Positions 56,301 through 64,000 of a DNA stretch of 64,000 bases are shown here, piece after piece. The notes under the pieces are model-generated. The model worked only from the letters and a program-made list of their open reading frames with translations. It made no database searches and was not told where the DNA came from. Within the stretch, counting starts at the first letter, position 1. Every line of letters starts with the position of its first letter. The stretch is from the human T2T-CHM13v2.0 reference genome, Homo sapiens, in NCBI RefSeq assembly GCF_009914755.1, contig NC_060948.1; one strand, given 5' to 3'. Made by a program: the position numbers and the translations under genes.

Positions 56301-59300
56301 GAGGAGTGCCCCCTCACAGCATGAAGCACCTCCTAGGCTGTCAACCGAATTCAAGGTAAATACAAGGGGCTCTGCGGACAGGACTGCTAGTGTCTCTACC
56401 TGGGTTGGCTACAGGACAATGAAACACTGGAAGATGTTTGTTTTTCAGTGTAGTGTGCTCCTCTTCTTTCTAGAAGAGTGGCTTTTTTTTTTTTGCAGGG
56501 GGAGGTGATTTGGATGGCGGTGGGATTTGGCAAGCTTCTAATTCACTGCGGATTCATGATCCGCAGATCAATAAAGAAAACACAGCCCAAGCAGACCCAA
56601 CAAACAGTCCACCAAAAGGTGTTGAGACTCAAGAAAAGTAGCGCTGAAGTGGATTAGCCACATTTCTTTAAGCAGACTCCACTTACAGGCACAAACACAC
56701 ACACACACACAGACAACACAAACACGCTGTGCCACACACACACGCAGACATCCAACATTTGCAACACTCCCACAGAAACACACAGTGAGGCAGCTCTAGA
56801 GGCTGTGTCATTCTGTAGGAAGCCCCACCTAAGAGAGAGCAACCCCAGGGAACACAGGTGGGCTGCACCTAGAAATCACAGCGGGGAAAGTTTCAAAAAC
56901 ACTCACCCCTACAATGTGTAGGCAGGCCTGAATAATCCTTCTGATATTTTTGGACGCTTAGGGATTTTGTGGTTTATTCCTGGGGCTGTGCTTGACATTT
57001 CTTCAGGCTGGCTCCCACTTGCCCTCTCCCAGGATTATGGAACTATCCCATGGATCCACAGAAAAGACAGGCAAGAGTCCCCTGTGGATGCACTTCCACA
57101 GAGGCCTCCTGCATTGCCAAGATGCAGGAACTTTTTGCTAGACAATGGTGACATTAATTGTGATGCTAGCCAGAGCTCACAATCAGGAATGGTGCCCTGA
57201 AACCAGCTTATATGCATTCATGAATCAGGCTCGGGCACCCAGCTGTCAGAGCTGTCAGCCTTCCTAAGCCAAGTAAAATACTACAGGCAGAGTTGTCCTG
57301 GTATCATGAAAAGGGAGGCCTGCAAAACCCACTATGAGAACCTAAAAGTCTTGACCTCAGCTCCCCTTCAGGCCATCTCTGTGGTCAGGTCCCACCAAAG
57401 GAGGAAGAATATCAATACTGTGAGGTGGTCTGTGGAAACTACTTTTCTGTCTCCCTTTTTGAAAGAGGCTGTGTGAAAGAATTATGTCCCGTGGACATTG
57501 GAATAAAGTCTAGTATGTTTTTGATGGTTCTTTGGATGATAGAATCATACCTGAAACCCCAGGGCCTGGTGTCAGTGAAAGATGGCCAGGACCTTGACCT
57601 CACTGCCTCCCTTCATCCTGAGCCTTGCAGAGCCTCTGTGGGAAAGCAGGAGCCACAGCAAAGGAAAGTCCAAGGTGGAGCCCTACTCTCAGGCCTTGGA
57701 CTGGCCACTCACAGGTGAAGACAAGGTTGAGACCAGTGTCTCAGAGGCCATCTGTGATGATGGCATGCCTAAAAAGGGTGTCCAGTAGTGCTGCTAAGGG
57801 GCACTGTGGATTCCCCATGAAAGCAAAGAAAAATTAAGGCTCACCTGAGAGAATGAGCTGCCTTGCGCTGGAGTCCAAGCAATGTTCAGTGATTCCTGTC
57901 AGAGGACCCAAAAACCTCCTGCAAACTGCAAGCAAACTTAGCCCCCAAAATAAGACCATGAACCACAAACTTGAGTGCAACCAGTCTCTGCAAAGTCACT
58001 TTTGCTCTCTGAAATCCCTGTTAGCAAAATAATCTGTGGCAAGAGGCAGTCCCATCCAGCAAGAGCTCAATGAAAGAACCCCTCCGCAGTGAGAAGGCTA
58101 TGCAGATGAAATGAAACAGAGGCTAGATTGCCAGGCAAAAACCCATACATGGCTGCCTGCTTCTCATCCTACAATAATCATGCAGCCCTCCAATAGAAGT
58201 GGGAGAACAAGTGTTTTCTTATTGGTGGCTGTAACAAGAATTTACTGTCTTAAAAGTATTAAAGCTTCCCAGTCATTAAAATATGACAATGTTTAGAAGG
58301 AAACAATCACACAGTGGATTCCCATGATGGTCGTTCTCCATGAACTGGGTAACGTTTAGTGTGGAAGTCATTGAGCCATACCCAGGAAACCCTAGCCTGA
58401 TGAGGAACATGAAAATCAGGAAACTAAGAGGGAAGTCTGGAGGCCATATCATACCCAGCATCAATCCAGTCCACTCCCATTTGGCTCCGGGTATGAAAGC
58501 TTTCAAATCTGGAGTTTGCCAGGGTTGCCCCAATTTGCACCCCAAATGTTCCTTGCACTGTGAAGTACTCCCATCTGAACATACAGTGATGGAGTTTGAA
58601 GCACCTTCTGTTTCATTTGTCTTCATTTTTCTGCAGGTGAGGTTGTGGGACCCTATCCACCGCTCACCAGATTGTATCCTCACACCTATCTGACCTCATT
58701 GCGGCTCACACTCTATGTCCCAGGATGAAATCCCAAGAAAATAGAGGAGTAACCCCTCATGATGTGAAGCACCTGCTCAGCTGGGAATTGAATTTGAGGT
58801 AAATTCATGGAGACCTGAGGACAAGACTGCTAGTGTGTCTCCCTGATTTGGCCACAGGAAAATGAAACACCGGGAGATATCTGCTTTTTGGTGAAAGAAT
58901 CTGATTTCCTGGGTATTGGAATGTAGTCTGGTGTGTTGATTAGTGTTCTTTGGGTGACAGAATCACACCTGAGACCCCAGAGATGGGTTCCAGTTGAAGA
59001 TGGCTGGACTCTAGATCTCACTGCCTACCTTTATTTTGGGCCTCGCAAGGGCTCTCTGGGACAGACCGGAACCACAACAAAGTCAAGTGTATGATTGAGG
59101 AGTGTTCTTGCACCTCAGACTTTCCACTATTGGGTGCAGATGAGGTTGAGTCAGTATCTCAGAAACGATGTGTGGTGATGGCAAGCCTGAAAAGGGTGTC
59201 CAGTAGCACTGTTGAAGGGCACTGTGGATTCACCCAATAAACCAAAAAAAAAAAAAAAAATTGGCTCACATGAGAGAATGTGCTGCCTCATGCTGAAATT

Positions 59301-62300
59301 TAAGCAATGTTCAATAATTCCTGCCAGAGGACCCAAAAGCCTCCTGCAAAGTGCAAGCAACCTCAGCCCCCATGAAGAGACAATTATGCACAACCTGGAG
59401 CACAGCGATTTTTCCTAAAGTCCCTTTTGCTGTGTGAAATCCTTGGCAGCTAAATAATCTGTGTAAGGCAGTCCCATCCAGCATCATCCCAACAAAGAGT
59501 ACCTCTACAATGAGAATGCCATGCAAAAGAAATGAAACTGAGGCTCTATTACCAGGCAAATCCAGACATGGCTGCCTGCTTCTCATCCTACAGAAATCAT
59601 GTGGCTTTCTGATAGAAGTGGGACAAGACTTTCCTTCTTGGTGGCTGTAATGGGAATTTATGGTTCTAAAAGTATTAAAGCTGCACAGTTATTCAAACCT
59701 GAGAGTGTTTAGAAGGAAACACTCATGCAATGGATTCCCATGAGGATCATTTTCCATGAACAGAGAAACATTTAGTATGGAAGTCATTGAGCCATACCCA
59801 GGAACCCCTAGGCTGATAAGGAACATAAAATCAAAAAAGGAGAGGCAAGTGTGGAGGCCACATCTTACCCATTATCAATCCTTTCCACTCCCATTTAGCT
59901 CCGGGTATGAAAACCCTCAAAACAGGAGTTTGCCAGTGTGACCCCAGTTGGCACTCCAAATATTTCTTGCCCATTGAAAATACTCTTACCAGAGCACCAG
60001 GCAATGGTGTGGACTGCTTGTGCAATTAAGGGAATGCTGGAATATATTTGGAAGCACCTTCTCTGTCATCTGTCTTCATTTTGTATTTTTGCAGGTGAAG
60101 TTGAAGGACACCATCCACCCCTCAGCAGATTATATCCTTTCCCATCTGACCCTATTTCTACTCACACTCTGTGTCCCAAGATGAAATCACAAGATGATGG
60201 AGAACTGCCCTCTCACGATGTGAAGCATCTGCTCAGCAGAGAACCAATTTGAGGTAAATTCAAGGGGCCCTTTGGACAAGATTGCTAGTGTCTCTCCCTA
60301 GTTTGGCCACAGTACAATCAAACTCTAGGAGATGCCTGCTTTTTTGATTTCATGTGCCCCTCTTCTATCAAGAAGAGTGGCTTTTTTTGCATGGGTGGGG
60401 GTGATTCGGACACCACCGCATCCCAGCCCACCTCCCAATTCACTGAGGATTCATGATATATGGAAGAATAAAGAACACAGAGCCCCACAGCCAAAGAAGA
60501 GACATCCAGACAGGCCATCAAAAGTGGTGAGGCTCAAAAAAAAAAAAATCACTGAAGTGCATTAGCCACATTCCTTTAAGCAGGCTCCACTCCACTTACA
60601 GGCACACACACACACACATGCAGAAATCAAGCACTCACAACATTCCCTCAGAAACACACAGCCCAGCAGCTCCTGCGGTTGTGTGGTTTTGCGGGAAGCC
60701 CCACCTGGGAGAGAGCAACCCCAGGGAACAAAGGCAGGCTATACCTAGAAATCACAGTGGGGCCAGTTTGAAAAAGACTCACCCCCTACAACATCTAGGC
60801 AGGCCTAAGGAATCCTGCAGATTATTTTGGATCCTCAGGGATTTGCAGTTTATTTCTGGGGCTCTGCTTGATATTATTTCAGGCTGGCTCATATCTGCCC
60901 TCTCCTTGGATCATGGGACTATCCTGTCGATTCCACAGGGAAGACATGGGACAGTCCACCGAAGACACACATCCACGGAGGTCCCTTTATCTGCCAAGCC
61001 ACAGGGACTTGTTGCTAGGCAACGGTGGCATTCACTGTGAGGCTAGCCAGAGCTCACAATCAGGCCTGGTGCTTTTAGACTAGGGTATGCACATTGTCAG
61101 GCAGGCCCAGATGCCCGGCTTTCAGAGCTGTCAATGGGCTTAAGCAGAGGAAAATGGTACAGGCAGAGCCAGCCTGGTATTGAGAAAAAGGCTGCCTATG
61201 AAAACCCACTTTGGGATCATAAAAGTCTCAACCTCAAGGCCTCTTTGGGGCATCTCCGTGGTCAGGTCCCACTGGAGGAAGAGGTGTTTCAAGACTGTGA
61301 GGTCATCGCCAGAAACTTATCTTCTGCCTCCATTTCAGAAAGAGGCTGTGTGCAAGAATTGGGTCCCACGGGTCTGGAATATTGTCTGGTGTGTTGTTGA
61401 GGGTTTGTTGGGTGACAGAATCATGCCTGAGACCCCAGACATTGGTGTCAGTGAAAGATGGCCAGGCTCTTGACCTCCCCCTCTCCCTTCATCCTGGGCC
61501 TTGCAGGGGCTCTCGGGGAAAGGCAGGAGTTACAAAGGCAAGTCCAAGGTGATGCAGTGTCCTCACACCTCTGACTGGCCTCACATGGTTGCAGATGAGG
61601 TTGAGATAGTGTCTCAGAGGCCAACTGTGGTGATAGCAAGCCTGAAAAAGGTGTCCAGTACATTGTGCTGGAGTTGAAGCATTGTTCAATGATCCTTTTC
61701 AGAGGACCCAAAAGCCCCTTCTGAAGTGCATACAACCTCAGCTCCCGCAATGAGACAATTACCCACAACCTGGGGAGCAGACTCTAGACCTCACTGAGTC
61801 CCTTCATCCTGTGCCTCACAGGGGCTCTCTGAGACAGACAGAAACCACGGCAAAGGTAAGTCCAAGGGGAAGCAGCATTCTCACACCTGGGACTGGCCTC
61901 TCACGTGTGCAGATGAGGTTGAGACAGTGTCTCAGAGGCCATCTGTGGTGATGGCAAGACTGAAGAATGTGTCCAGTAGTGCTTTTGAGGGGCACTGTGG
62001 ATTCCCCATGAAAACAGAAAAACTAAGGCTTGACTCAGAAAAATAGCTGCTTTGAGCTGGAGTCCAAGCAATGTTCAATGATTCCTGTTAGAGGACCCAG
62101 AAGCCTCCTGCAAAGTGCAAAAAAACCTCAGTCCCCATAACAAGACAATGACCCACAACCTGGAGCACATCCAGCCTACCCAAAGTCCCTTTTGCTTTCT
62201 GAAATTTCTGGCAGCAAAATAATCTGTTGTGAGAGGCCATCCCTTCCAGCAACAGCCCAGTGATAGAGCTCCTCCACAATGAGAAGGTCATGCAGTTGAA

Positions 62301-64000
62301 ATGAAACTGAGGCTAGATTCCCAGGCAAAAGCCAGACTTGGGTGTCAGCTTCTCATCCTATGGGAATCATGCAGCCCTCCAATAGAAGTGAAAGATCAAG
62401 AGGTTTCTTGTTGGCAGCTGTAATGGGAATTTACAATTTTAAAAGTATCAAACTTGCCTAGTCATTAAAATGTGACAGTTTTTAGAAGAAAACACTCAGG
62501 CAATGCATTCCCATGAGGGTCACACTTTGGGAACTGAGAAACATTTAGTGTGGAAGTTGTTGAGCCAGACCAAGGAAGCCCTAGGCCAATGTGGAATATG
62601 GAAGTCAGAAAAAGAAGAGGCAAGTGTAGATGCCACATGCCACCCAGCATCAATCAATTCCACTCCGATTTGCCTCTGGGTATGAAAAACCTCAAATCAA
62701 GAGTTTGCCAGGAGGGCCCCAATTTTCATTCCAAATGTTGCTTACATAATGAAGTACTCCCACCTGAACACTGGGCCATGGTGTGGACTGCTTGTGCAAT
62801 TAAGGGAATGCTGGGATGGAGTTGGAAGCACCTGCTATGTCATCTGTCTTCATTTACTAATTAATTAATTAATTTATTTATTTTTGCAGGCAAAGTTGCT
62901 GGACCCAGTTCACCCCTCACAAGATTGTATCCTCACTCCTCTCTGACCTTATTGTGGCTCATACTCTATGTCCCAGAATGAAATCCCAAGATGATGGAAA
63001 AATATCCCTTCATGATGTGAAGCACCTGCTCAGCAATGAAATGAATTTGAGGTAAATTCAAGGGGCAACCAGAAGTTTGGAAGACTCAAAAAAAGAAGCA
63101 CTGAAGTGCATTATCCACAGTCCTTTAAGCAGACTCCAGTTAAAGGCAAACACACACACACTCACACACACACACACACACACCCCTAAGCACACAATGG
63201 CACACACACATGCAGACATCCAACACTCACAACATTTTCACAGAAACAAGCAGCCTGGTAGCTCCTGAGTTTGGTTGGTTCTTCAGGAAGACCCACCTAG
63301 GAGAGAGCAACACCAGAGAATACAGTCAGGGTGTACCTAGAAATCACAGTGGGGCAAGTTTCAAAACTACTCACCCCCACAACATCTAGGCAGACCTGAG
63401 GAGACTTGCAGATCTTTTTGATCATTAAGGATTTCACGGTTTATTCCTGGAGCAGAGCCAGCCTAGTACTGGGGAAAATGCTGCCTCAGAAAACTCACTA
63501 TCAGACCATAAAAGTCTTCACCTCAGGCCCCCTTTGGGCTGTCTCCGTGGTTGGGTCTCGCTGGAGGAAGAGGCATTTTGAGACTGCGAGGTGATCATTG
63601 GAAACTGCTCTTCTGGCTCCATTCCAGAAAGAAACTGTGTGCAAGAGTCAGATCCCATGGGGATTGGAATATAGCCTGGTAGGTTGTTTAGAATTTTTGG
63701 GTGATAGATTTATACCTGAAACCTGAGACCACAGAGCCAGGTGTCAGTGAAAGATAGCCAAGCTCTTGACCTCACTGCTTCCCTTTATCTTGACCTCACT
63801 GGGGCTTTCTGGGAAAGGCAGAATCCAAGACAAAGTTAAGACTAAGGTATTACAGTATTCCCACACCTCAGACTGGCCTCTCACGGGTGCAGATAAGGTT
63901 GAGACAGTGTCTTAGAGGCCCTCTGTGGTGATGGCAAGCCTGAAAAGGGTGTCCAGTAGTGCTGATGAGGGGCACTGTGGATTCCCCAAGAAAGCAAAGA
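53393..64000 (+). repeat. Diverged tandem macrosatellite, ~2.4-2.5 kb monomer, segment 3 (runs off the window end)
   Basis: Landmarks lie at ~55843, 58292, 59708 and 62482, with the same motif order and several internal deletions or duplications. Confidence 0.9.

Overview
This is primate (human-like) eukaryotic DNA with no credible intact protein-coding gene. Nearly the whole 64 kb is a head-to-tail array of about 26-28 highly diverged copies of a ~2.4-2.5 kb monomer, all in the same orientation. Its unit size, heavy divergence, lack of long ORFs and one GAGCTC (SstI/SacI) site per unit fit best the SST1/MER22-related 'NORF'/TTTY-type macrosatellite arrays of the Y chromosome. That assignment is from recall, not from a search. 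Two LINE-1 insertions interrupt the array. The first is an older L1PA3-5-like copy (22725-25878, minus strand) with a twin-priming 5' inversion. The second is a younger 5'-truncated L1PA2-like copy (52545-53278, plus strand) carrying a ~110-bp 3' transduction inside a perfect 19-bp target-site duplication (TSD). Both L1s inserted at the same nucleotide of the monomer (GTTTC|AAAAAG), on opposite strands. The monomers also show two interspersed sub-types, CpG decay, microhomology-bounded deletions, shared complex rearrangements, a fold-back templated insertion, and a recurrent ~162-nt exon-like cassette with splice signals. Most ORFs in the track are chance frames repeated once per monomer. I found no evidence of a novel protein-coding system.
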